From the NCBI RefSeq assembly GCF_039654945.1, contig NW_027361708.1:6138001-6202000 (forward strand): 64,000 nt of DNA, read 5' to 3'. The translations under genes and the position numbers were made by a program. This DNA comes from Dendrobates tinctorius. Lineage: Eukaryota. How positions within the stretch are numbered: position 1 is the stretch's first letter; each line of letters opens with the position of its first letter. The notes beneath the pieces were generated by a model that did not search any database, was not told the DNA's origin, and was given only the letters and a program-made list of their open reading frames with translations. This document shows, one piece after another, positions 40,121 to 52,135 of the stretch.

Positions 40121-40439
40121 TCCAAGAAGTATCATTTCTCCTTGCGGAGAATGACATGCTAAGCATGTCGAGGTGAGGAGACTTAAAGCCGCAATGATCC
40201 TCTGGGAAATATGCTAATTATGTAAATTGTCTCTTCAGAGAGGAAGAGGACTAGAACTATAGTGCCACCTATTGGAGGTAGCAATCCTAAAAGTCAATGT
40301 TGACCCTTTAACGAGCCTAGTTACATGACTTAGGATAAAAGCCAAACCAGAATCTCCATTTGCAGACACTGTGTTTCGGGGTACTGCCCCTCATCAGTGC
40401 AAAGTGGGAGATCTGGTTTGGCTGTGAGAGAGGCGTCTG

Positions 40440-40443
<4 letters not shown>
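40121..40443 (-). mobile_element. Retrozyme / satellite-2-like monomer (~320 bp) in a (TA)n tract
   Basis: Flanked by TA runs on both sides. Contains a hammerhead ribozyme, several hairpins and octamer-like motifs. Confidence 0.72.
40340..40423 (-). ncRNA. Type I hammerhead ribozyme
   Basis: Minus strand: UUUGCA-CUGAUGA-GGGG-cagua-CCCC-GAAA-CA-cag-UG-UC^UGCAAA. Stem I is extended by AGCCAAACCAGA/UCUGGUUUGGCU and UCUCC/GGAGA. Predicted cleavage between 40365 and 40364. Confidence 0.9.
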
Positions 40444-40478
<35 letters not shown>

Positions 40479-42057
40479 CAGTTGTGCTCAAAAGTTTACA
40501 TACCACCGCAGAATTTTTGCATTCTTGGCCTTTTTTTCAGAAAATATGAATGATAACACCAAAACTTTTTCTCCACAGATGGTTAGTGGTTGGGTGAAGC
40601 CATTTATTGTCAAACTACTGTATTTTGTCTTTTAATCCTAAGGAAAACTCAAAACATCCAAATGACCTTGATCAAAAGTTTACATACTCTGGTGATTTTG
40701 GTGTGATAACATGCACAGAAGTTGACACAAATAGGTTTGAATGGCTATGAAAGTTAACATCCTCACCTGTGACATGTTTGCTTGTAATCAGTGTGTGTGC
40801 AAAAAAGCGGAGTGACTTTCTGGGATCCATACAGACTCTTGCATCTTTCTTCCAACCACTGATGCTTCTGGATTGTGAGTCATGGAGAAATCAAAACAAT
40901 TGTCAATGGATCTATGGGAAAATGTAGTTGAACTATATAAAACAGGAAAGGGATACAAAAAGATTTCCAATGAATTGATAATGTCATTTTTCCAATTGTT
41001 ATTAACAAATGGAAATTCAAGGGCTCTGTAAAACCAAAACCATGGTCATCCATAACTACCAGGAAAATTGTTTGGGATGCAAAGAAAAATCAACAAATAA
41101 CATCAGCTGAAATACTTGACTCTTTGAAAACTAGCGGTGTGGCTGTTTCAAGATGCACAATAAGAAGGCACTTAAAGAAAAATGGGCTGCATGGTTGAGT
41201 CGCCAGAAGAAAGCCATTACTGTGCAAATGCCACAAAATATATTGCCTACAATGCGCAAAAGAGCACAGAAACAAGCCGCAAAACTTCTGGAATAAAGTA
41301 ATTTGGAGTGATGAGACCAAAATTGAACTTTTTGGCCACAATCATAAACGTTACATTTGGAGAGAGGTCATCAAGCCCTATGATGAAAGGAACACCCTTT
41401 TACTCTAAAGAACGGAGGTGGACCCCCAATGTATTGGGGATGTGTGAGCTACAAAGGCACAGGAAACTTGGTCAAAGTTGAAGAAAAGATGAATGCAGCA
41501 TGTTATTAGCAAATACTGGAGGCAAATTTGCAATCATCAGCCTTGAAGCTGCGCATGGGAAGTATTTGGACGCTCCAATATGACTACAATCTAAAACACA
41601 AGGCCAAGTCAACCTGTCATTGGCTACAGCATAACAAAGCGAAGGTTCTGGAGTGTCCATCTTAGTCTCCTGACCTCAACATCATTGAGCCACTCTGGGG
41701 AGATCTCAAGCATGCAGTTGATGCTAGACAGCCAATTTACAGGAACTGGAGGCTTTTTACCAAGAATAGTGGCAGCTTTGCCATCTGAGAAAATAAAGAA
41801 CCTCATCCACAACTATTACAAAAGACTTCAAGATGTCATTGATGTTAGAGGTGACAGAACAGGGTATTAAAAAATGGGGTATGTAAACTTTTGATCAGGG
41901 TGGTTTTGTTGCTTTGGGTTGTCATTATGACTTAAAAAGAGAAAAAAACAGTACAGTAGCTTGACAATAAATGTCTTCACCCAAACAACATATTCTCTGA
42001 AAAAAGGCAAAGAAAGCAAATATTCTGCCGGGGTATGTAAACTTTTGAGTACAATAG
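40479..42057 (+). mobile_element. Tc1-like (Sleeping Beauty-type) transposon, full length, transposase inactivated
   Basis: TA-CAGTTGTGCTCAAAAGTTTACATACC TIR and its inverted copy at 42030-42057. ORF remnants 40882-41870 include MEKSKQLS..GKGYKKIS and WNKVIWSDETKIELFG. Confidence 0.92.
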
Positions 42058-42063
42058 TATATA

Positions 42064-43547
42064 CCGTATATACTAGTGTATAAGCTGACCCATGTGTAAG
42101 CCGACCCCACTACATTTGCCATAAAAAACTGGGAAAACTTATTGACTCGCGTATAAGCCTAGGGTGGAAAATGCAGCAGCTACTGGTAAATTTCAAAAAT
42201 AAAAATAGATACCAATAAAAGTAAAATTAATTGAGACATCAGTAGGTTAAATGTTTTTGAATATCCATATTGAATCAGGAGCCCCATATAATGCTCCATA
42301 CAGTCCATGATGGCCCCATTAGATGCTCCGTACAAAATACACCCCATATAATGCTCCATACAGTTCATGATGGCCCCATAAGATGCTCCATACAAAATAC
42401 GCCACATATAATGCTGCACAAAGGTTAATAATGCCCCATATGCTGCCCCATAAAGGTTATAGCCCCATAAGATATTCCATAGATTATGCTCCATAAGATG
42501 CTCCATAGATTATGCCCCAAAAAGAATCTCCATAGATTATGCCCCATAAGATGCTCCATAGATTATGCCCCAAAAAGAATCTCCATAGATTATGCCCCAA
42601 TAAGATGCTCTATAGATTATGCCCCCATCAGATGCTCTATAGATTATGCCCCCATATGCTGCTCCATAATCATGCCCCCATATGCTGCTCCATAGTTTAT
42701 GCACCAATATGCTGCTCCATAGTTTATGCCACCATATGTTACTCCATAATTATGCCCCCATATGCTGCTTCATAATTATGCTCCCATATGCTGCTCCATA
42801 ATTATGCCCCATATGCTGTTCCATAATTATGCCCCCATATATTGCTGCTCCATAATTATGCCCCCATATATTGCTGCTGTTGCTGAAAATAAAAAAAAAT
42901 TACATACTCACCTCTCATCACTGGGGGCCCGATGCCGATGTCCTGAGCAGGCGGTGACAGGTTCTGTTGTCACCGCTGCTGTTGTCACCGCTGGCTCAGA
43001 ACCCAGGCACTGGCGATACTTACCAATTGCTGCTCACCGCTGTGTCTGCCGGGTCCCTCTGTCAGTGACGTTCAGGCAGAGGGTGCGGCGCGCACTAACT
43101 ACATCACCGCGTCCTCTGACCTGAACAACACAGACAGAGGACGTGGAGGAGAAGACAGAGCAGCTTGCAGCGATGGACCAGGGACAGTTGAATATAGCTT
43201 ATACTTACCCCCTCCTTGCACGGTCTCTGCAGCCCCCCTGCTTCTCCTGGTCTCAGGCTCCTGCCTTCAGTGGTCACGTGGTACCGCTCATTAAAGTCAT
43301 AAATATGCGCATATTCATGACTTTAATGAGTGGTACCATGTGACCGCTGAAGGAAGGAGCCTGAGACCGGGAGAAGCAGGTAGGGGGGCTGCAGAGACCG
43401 TGCCAGGAGGGAGTAAGTAGGACCTGACACACCCGCTCCCGCTCCCCTGCCGACCCCCTGGTATATGACTCGCATATAAACCAAGAGGGGGACTTTCAGC
43501 CCAAAAAAATGGGCTGAAAATCTTGGCTTATACGTGAGTATATACGG
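42064..43547. mobile_element. Tc2/pogo-like non-autonomous element with minisatellite
   Basis: TA-CCGTATATACT..AGTATATACGG-TA ends. The gccccata/atgctccata array spans 42283-42880 and a palindrome spans ~43200-43420. Confidence 0.85.
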
Positions 43548-43885
43548 TATATATTAATGTGTTGAAACCAAAGCTGTATATGCCATACGTTCACTGCAGC
43601 CACAAACTCATCTATTACTCAGTCATCAGTCAATTGCATACTTGTCCTGACGATTGGAGATTAGAGACAGCGGAGTTGTTTCTCCTGACAAACCAATCAC
43701 AATACATTAGGAGACCCCAATCAGAGGACAATAAAACATCCGGACTCTTTATCTATGAACTGGTCCAATATTTATGTTTCTCCCTCTCCCATAATCATAA
43801 TTCTGCTTCACGTCACTTGTCTCATCTATTGCATTTTTTCTGTGCTGTATTGTGCATAAATATGTGACTCTTCAGATTTTGTTTT

Positions 43886-43932
43886 AGTCTATGCCTGATG
43901 AAGAGACCTGAGCAGTCTCGAAAGCTTTCAAT
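43886..43932 (+). ncRNA. Penelope-type minimal hammerhead-like motif, probably inactive
   Basis: CUGAUGA-A-GAGAC-cugagca-GUCUC-GAAA-GCUU. Stem I is mismatched (UGC vs UCA). Confidence 0.5.
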
Positions 43933-43964
43933 GTGTTGCCATCTTTTCAGTTAGCCATTAAAAG

Positions 43965-44130
43965 GCTGTGCAGGACTATGCTGGGCTGTGCGGGACTGTG
44001 ACAAGCTGTGCGGGACTATGCCAGACTGTGCGGGACTGTGACAGGCTGTGTGGGACTGTGACAGGCTGTGCGGGACTGTGACAGACTGTGTGGGACTATG
44101 CCGGACTGTGCGGGGACTGTGCGGGCTGTG
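43965..44130. repeat. 20-bp minisatellite
   Basis: ggactgtgacaggctgtgcg units. Confidence 0.85.
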
Positions 44131-44974
44131 CCAAATATTGCGAGGCGAGTAGTGAAATACTCTCCAGGATTCGAGAACCGCATTACTTGCCGAGTACCGA
44201 ATCCTAACGAGTATACTCGCTCATCCCTATTGAATGCCCTACCATAAAAGCTAGTGATGGCAGATACTCTAAAAGCACTTAGAGAAGGGCAGTATAATTT
44301 TTTCACGACCAAATTAATTTTAGGTTATAGATGATCTAGTGATAGAGAAGAAAGTGGAGAAAGTTTGAACTTTGAAAAATTGAACTTTGAATTACTGAAT
44401 TGCTGGTTTTTGCTCATTCTGCCTCCTAAAAATAGAAGTAGAAAGCTATCAAAAAATGTTATGAGTAGTGTTGAGCATTCCGATACCGCAAGTATCGGGT
44501 ATCGGCCGATACTTGCTGTATCGGAATTCCGATACCGACTTCCGATATTTTTTCAATATCGGAATTCGGCATCGGAATCGGAAGTTCAGTTGATTGACGG
44601 CCTGACGTCATCATGATGCGCGGTGTGTGCGCATCATGATGCGCCGTCATTTCGGGCCTTCCGGGGGTCTCTGCCGGCCTGCCGGGGGGCTGTGCCGGCC
44701 TGCCGGGGGGCTGTGTGGACTGCCCGGGATCTGTACCGGCCTGCCGGGGGGCTGTGCCGGCCTGCCGGTGGTCTGTGCACCCTGTGGGGGTCTGTACCGG
44801 CCTGCCGGGGGGCTGTGCCGGCCTGCCGGGGGGCTGTGCTGATGTCCGGGGGTCTGTGCAAGCATCGTCCGATGGGACTACAAGTCCCATCGGGCGATGC
44901 CTGCTACCATGACAGTGATTGACACATTAGCCAATGATGGGACAGTAGTAGTCCCATCATCCGGCTAATGTGTT

Positions 44975-45005
<31 letters not shown>

Positions 45006-45600
45006 TACTACATACATACTACATGCATGCTACATACATACTACATATATACTACATACATACTACATACATGCTACATACATACTGCATGCTACATACA
45101 TACTACATACATACTACATGCATGCTACATACATACTACATACATACTACATACATACATACTACATACATGCTACATACATACTGCATGCTACATACAT
45201 ACTACATACATACTACATACATACTACATGCATGCTACATACATACTACATGCTACATACATACTACATATATACTACATACATACTACATACATGCTAC
45301 ATACATACTGCATGCTACATACATACTACATACATACATACTACATACATGCTACATACATACTGCATGCTACATACATACTACATACATACTACATACA
45401 TACTACATGCATGCTACATACATACTACATGCTACATACATACTACATATATACTACATACATACTACATACATGCTACATACATACTGCATGCTACATA
45501 CATACTACATACATACTACATACATACTACATACATACTACATGCATACCACATATATACTACATACATACAATACATTCATACAATACATACATAGACA
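45006..45600. repeat. (TACATACATACTACATGC)-type microsatellite, left arm
   Basis: Directly visible; inverted counterpart at 46220-47212. Confidence 0.95.
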
Positions 45601-46219
45601 TACAGTACATATAACATAGAGTAACATACTTACCAATACTTGTCACATTGTTCCCCGAAGCCATTGTCTTTTCCGGGATAAATATTAACATAACAAACCA
45701 CAAAAATACTCACCCACGATCCGAAGCAGTCCACGAGTGTGTCCCACGACGATCTTGGGTAGAGAACTGCAGCATCAGATGATGCTGCCGTTCTCTACGG
45801 GCTGCAGGAATCCAATGACGGAAGGTAGGTATCCTTCCGCACTGTATTCCTCCGCCACTTAAAAAAAAAAAAGTCCCTAGTCTCACTTTATGCCATTGCT
45901 GTGTGGGAATTTCCCACACAGCAATGGCATAAAGTGAGACTAGGGACTTTTTTTTTTTTAAGTGGCGGAGGAATACAGTGCGGAAGGATACCTACCTTCC
46001 GTCATTGGATTCCTGCAGCCCGTAGAGAACGGCAGCATCATCTGATGCTGCAGTTCTCTACCCAAGATCGTCGTGGGACACACTCGTGGACTGCTTCGGA
46101 TCGTGGGTGAGTATTTTTGTGGTTTGTTATGTTAATATTTATCCCGGAAAAGACAATGGCTTCGGGGAACAATGTGACAAGTATTGGTAAGTATGTTACT
46201 CTATGTTATATGTACTGTA

Positions 46220-47212
46220 TGTCTATGTATGTATTGTATGAATGTATTGTATGTATGTAGTATATATGTGGTATGCATGTAGTATGTATGTAGTATGTAT
46301 GTAGCATGCATGTAGTATGTATGTAGCATGCATGTAGTATGTATGTAGTATGTATGTAGTATGTATGTAGTATATATGTAGTATGTATGTAGCATGTAGT
46401 ATGTAGCATGCATGTAGTATATATGTAGTATGTATGTAGCATGTAGTATGTAGCATGCATGTAGTATATATGTAGTATGTATGTAGCATGTAGTATGTAT
46501 GTAGCATGCATGTAGTATATATGTAGTATGTATGTAGCATGTAGTATGTAGCATGCATGTAGTATATATGTAGTATGTATGTAGCATGTAGTATGTATGT
46601 AGCATGCATGTAGTATATATGTAGTATGTAGCATGTAGTATGTATGTAGCATGCATGTAGTATGTAGCATGTAGTATGTATGTAGCATGCATGTAGTATA
46701 TATGTGTTATGTATGTAGCATGTAGCATGCATGTAGCATGCATGTAGTATGTATGTAGTATATATGTGGTATGTATGTAGCATGCAGTATGTATGTAGCA
46801 TGCATGTAGTATATATGTAGTATGTATGTTGCATGTAGTATTTATGTAGTATGAATGTAGCATGTATGTAGTATGTAGTATGAATGTAGTATGTATGTAG
46901 TATGCATGTAGTATGTAGCATGTAGTATGTATGTAGCATGCATGTAGTATGTAGCATGTAGTATGTATGTAGCATGCATGTAGTATATATGTGTTATGTA
47001 TGTAGCATGTAGCATGCATGTAGCATGCATGTAGTATGTATGTAGTATATATGTGGTATGTATGTAGCATGCAGTATGTATGTAGCATGCATGTAGTATA
47101 TATGTAGTATGTATGTTGCATGTAGTATTTATGTAGTATGAATGTAGCATGTATGTAGTATGTAGTATGAATGTAGTATGTATGTAGTATGCATGTAGTA
47201 TGTATGTAGTAT
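46220..47212. repeat. Microsatellite, right arm (longer)
   Basis: Reverse complement of the left-arm motif family. Confidence 0.95.
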
Positions 47213-48052
47213 TTTTTTTTTTTTTTTTTACATTTAACACATTAGCCGGATGATGGGACTACTACTGTCCCATCATTGGCTAATGTGTCAATCACTGTCA
47301 TGGTAGCAGGCATCGCCCGATGGGACTTGTAGTCCCATCGGACGATGCCTGCACAGCCCCCCGGCAGGCCGGCACAGCCCCCCGGCAGGCCGGCACAGCC
47401 CCCCGGCAGGCCGGCACAGCCCCCCGGAGCCTGCACAGCCCCCCGGCAGGCCAGCACAGCCCCCCGGCAGGCCGGCACAGCCCCCCGGAGCCTGCACAGA
47501 CCACCGGCAGGCCGGCACAGACCACCGGAGCCTGCACAGACCCCCTGGCAGGCCGGCACAGACCCCAGAGAGGCTGTACAAGGGCAGGAAAGGGTTTTTC
47601 TTATTCCGATACCGGAAGTCCCATAGACTTGAATGGGACTTCCGGTATCGGAATCGGCGATACCGATACTTTTTTTAAAGATCGGCCGATACCATCCGAT
47701 ACGATACTTTGAAGTATCGGACGGTATCGCTCAACTCTAGTTATGAGGTCAAAAAGGAAACCAATAAAAATGTCAATTCAAAACAAACCCTCATATGACT
47801 CTGTCGACAGAAATATGGTGATGGAAAAACTTGTTTATACAAAAAAACATCTTTTACTGCGTGACAGCAGCCAAACATAAAAACAGATATAAATCTGTTA
47901 CCACTGTAATCAAAATGAAGAAAAGAATAAAGCTTGACATGCTGTTTTGTTTTTCTGTCTCAGAAACATCACAGTTACGCTCAGTTCACATTTATCCTGT
48001 GTGCTACACTGAACGCTTACATCGGGTTTTCCAAGTAAACCTCTTAAATACG

Positions 48053-51000
48053 CTCTCACAAATCACTTAACCATCTGCTCACTCTTTATATCCTCCTTCT
48101 CCTAGTCGCAGGAGACATTGCTCCCAACCCTGGTCCCCCATGTTATAGAAAGTCAAACCCCCCGACTGCTACACTTAGAAACCCCTCTAATCTGATTAAT
48201 ATTCCCTGCCTGCCATCTGTCTCTCTTAATTGTGCACTTTGGAATTCTCGCTCAGTGTGTAACAAACTCTCCTTCATCCATGACTTCTTCCTTTCTAATT
48301 CTCTTAACCTCCTGGCTCTTACTGAAACCTGGATCCAGCAGTCAGACACTACCGCTGCTGCTGCTCTTTCATACGGGGGGGCTACACTTCTCTCATACCC
48401 CAAGATCAGACAGTAGAGCTGGTGGAGGCGTTGGTCTGCTCCTATCACCAAAATGTACCTTTCAGGTTATCCCTCAAGTACCCTCACTAGTCTTCCCTTC
48501 TTTTGAGGTCCATGCCGTCAGACTCTACACCCCCTTCTCCATGCGAGTGGCGGTGGTGTATCGTCCTCCCGGCCCCTCCCATCAGTTCCTGGATCATTTT
48601 GCCACTTGGCTTCCACATTTTCTCTCCTGTGACATCCCTACCCTCATCATGGGAAATTTCAACATCCCCATTGCTCTTCCCCTCTCACCATCTGCTACTC
48701 ACCTTTTATCTCTAACCTCCTTATTTGGCCTTTCGCAGCTTACCAATTCTCCAATGCATGAAGACGGAAACTCCCTCGACTTGGTCTTCTCTCGGCTTTG
48801 TGCAGTGGATGATTTTGCAAACTCCCCTCTCCCGCTCTCTGACCACAATCTTCTTTCATTCTCTATAAAGAACTGCCAGGCTGCTCAGGTCAACCCCACT
48901 GTCCAGACTTATAGAAACATACAGGCCATTAACACCCAGAAACTTATGAAGAACTTGCAGTCTTCATTGGCCCCTATCTCCTCCCTCTCATGTCCTGATT
49001 CTGCATTGAAGCATTACAATGAAACACTTCAAAGTGCCCTGGATGAATTTGCACCCCCTATAAATAGAACACCACAACGCAGACGGCGACAACCCTGGCA
49101 CATGGTGCAAACACGTTTCCTGCAGCGGTGCTCCAGGTGCGCCGAACATCTGTGGAGAAAATCCAATCTACACGAAGATTTCATCCATTTTAAGTTTATG
49201 CTTAGAACATACAACACTGCCCTTCACCTCTCCAAACAAACCTATTTCAACACCCTCATCACCTCACTGTCCAATAACCTGAAATGTCTCTTTGACACTT
49301 TTCATTCTCTACTCAATCCAAGAGTACAGGCCCCAACCACGGAGCTCCGAGCTGACGATCTGGCCAATTACTTCAAAAAAAAATTGACCAGATTCGACAG
49401 GAAATTATCTCCCAATCACCTCATACCATGCACTGTCCTCCCTCCCCCACTGCATCTAGCTCACTCTCTGATTTTGAACCAGTCACAGAAGAAGAAGTAA
49501 GCAGGCTCCTTGCATCTTCTCGCCCAACTACTTGCACCAGAGACCCATTTCCATCACATCTCCTCCAGTCCCTTTCCCCTGCTGTCACCCCTCACCTAAC
49601 TAAAATATTTAACCTCTCTTTCTCTTCTGGTATTTTTCCCTCCTCATTTAATCATGCTGTCATGCTGTCATCCACTACTTAAAAAACCATCCCTCGACCA
49701 AAACTGTGCCGCTAACTATAGACCTGTCTCTAATCTTCCCTTCATCTCTATACTCCTGGAACGCCTGGTCCACTCCCGTCTTATCCGCTATCTCTCAGAA
49801 AACACTGTTCTCGACCCTCTCCAATCCGGTTTCCGCTCTTTACACTCCACTGAAACTGCCCTCACTAAAGTCTCTAATGATCTGCTAACAGCTAAATGAA
49901 ATGGTCATTACTCCATGCTAATTCTCTTGGATCTCTCTGCAGCATTCAACACTGTGGATCATCAGCTCCTCCTCACTATGCTCCGTTCCATTGGCCTCAA
50001 GGACACTGTTCTCTCCTGGTTCTCCTCCTATCTCTCCGACCGCTCCTTTACTGTATCTTTTGCCGGTTCCTCCTCCTCTCACCTTCCCCTTACTGTTGGG
50101 GTCCCCCAAGGATCGGTTCTAGGCCCCCTCCTCTTTTCCTTGTACACTGCCCCTATTGGTCAAACAATCAGTAGATTTGGTTTCCAGTACCATCTCTATG
50201 CTGATGACACCCAATTATACGCTTCTTCTCCTGACATCACGCCAGCCTTTCTAGAAAACACCGGCGATTGTCTAAACGCTGTGTCTAATATCATTCATGT
50301 CCTCACTATATCTGAAACTGAACCTGTCAAAGACTGAACTCCTGGTGTTTCCTCCCTCTACTAATGTACCTATAGCCGACATTGCTATTTCTGTGTGTGG
50401 TTCCACTATTACTCCCCAGCAACAGGCCCGCTGTCTTGGGGTCATACTTGATTCCGAGCTTTCCTTTGCCCCCACATTCGATCACTGGCTCGCTCTTGTC
50501 ATCTGCACCTCAAAAACATTTCTAGAATTCGACCTTTTCTTACTTTTGACTCTGCAAAAACTCTTACTGTTTCTCTTATTCATTCTCGTCTCGACTATTG
50601 TAAATCTCTTCTAATCGGTCTCCCTCTTACCAAACTCTCCCCTCTCCAATCTGTCTTGAATGCTGCAGCCAGGATCATATTCCTCACCAATCATTACACC
50701 GATGCCTCTACCTTGTGCCAGTCATTACACTGGCTACCCATCCACTCCAGAATTCAGTATAAACTTATTACCCTCACCCACAAAGCCCTCCGTGGCTCAG
50801 CACCACCCTACATCTCCTCCCTTGTTTCAGTCTACCACCCTACCCGCGCCCTCCGTTCTGCTGATGACCTGAGGTTAGTATCCTCAATAGTCAGAAACTC
50901 CCACTCCCGTCTCCAAGACTTTACATGTGCCGCGCCAATTCTTTGGAATGCACTTCCCAGGTCAATATGATTAGTCCCCAATCCCCACAAGTTTAAGCGT

Positions 51001-51399
51001 GCCCTGAAAACGCATTTATTCAGACTGGCCTATCGCCTCAACACATTAACCTAATCTATCCCTGTGTGGCACAGCCAAAAGTTTTACCATAACCAGATTT
51101 TCCGCATCATGCTCCCACATGCTTTATGCATCCATTAGCCCTCTGTGTCTGTACTGTCACACACTTAACATTATGGCTGGTCCATACAATCAGGGCAACT
51201 GTTACCACCCACCTTTCGTGTCTATCTCTTTCCTCATAGACTGTAAGCTTGCGAGCAGGGCCCTCTTTCCTCTTGGTATTTGTTATAATCTATGTGATTA
51301 TTGTTATGCTGTAATGTCTATTGTCTGTACAAATCCCCTCTGAAATGTAAAGTGCTGCGGAATATGTCGGCGCTATAAAAATAAAATTTATTATTATTA
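48053..51399 (+). mobile_element. L2-clade LINE with nearly complete but frameshifted ORF2 (2A-like motif + APE endonuclease + RT)
   Basis: [55 protein letters not shown] motifs. (TTA)n tail. TSD TAAATACG at 48045-52 and 51400-07. It sits in an older MITE (~47986-51703). Confidence 0.96.
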
Positions 51400-52135
51400 T
51401 AAATACGTAATTCAGACAAAACCTCAGGCAAAAGATTCCCTATGAGGCAGATGGAGACACTGTGGATGCTGTCTGGCCTATGATCTGGAGATGTCTTACT
51501 TTTTATGCATGCATCAAAGCACAGCTCACCACAGTTTTATGTACCTCTTGAAAGAAGGACACCACTGAATAGAGTACAAAGTAACTCTGCTGCCTCATTA
51601 TATTGAATGGATGCCTCGAGGATTTCATCTCAATCACATCATTCAGAGATTTAGATGGAAACGTTGATGCAAGTGCTAAATGTGGAGCACAGGATAAATG
51701 TGATGCAAAATATTATGTAAAATGTTCCCAAAGAAAAGCTTCAACTCAATCCACAAAAAGATACGTCTCCACCCAGGCCTATCATCTTTCAATGGAAATA
51801 TAAGGGACTTCCACATTACTGGTAGTACAAAGGCTCTGGAAAAGCATTATGGATCTTTGCCTCAAGAGAAATACAGCAAATTTTGAGCTCCTAAGTTCAA
51901 ATGTCTCCTGCCTTCTGAGCCTCAGTGTGCCGAAACCATATTTAGTGTCAACATATTTGGGATATCTGCAGTGATGAGAGCTAGCTTAATTTACGAGCTC
52001 ATGTCTCCAGAAGTAAAATCTATGCATAATGAACTCACATCTTTTGGACATATTGTTGGTCTTGAGGTATCATGATGTGGATCTATTTTGGCTTTTATAA
52101 TTTGATTATCATTATTTTCGTCATCAAAGGGTTAA

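Larger units (their letters stand above)
44466..47739. mobile_element. hAT-type non-autonomous fold-back element (3274 bp)
   Basis: TAGTGTTGAGC..GCTCAACTCTA TIRs and 8-bp TSD GTTATGAG (44458-65, 47740-47). Giant internal palindrome centred at 45910. Confidence 0.93.

Noticed and set aside
44970-47240. Long His/Tyr/Thr-rich ORFs (up to 306 aa)
   Set aside because: They are translations of a stop-poor microsatellite, open in several frames and mirrored on both arms.
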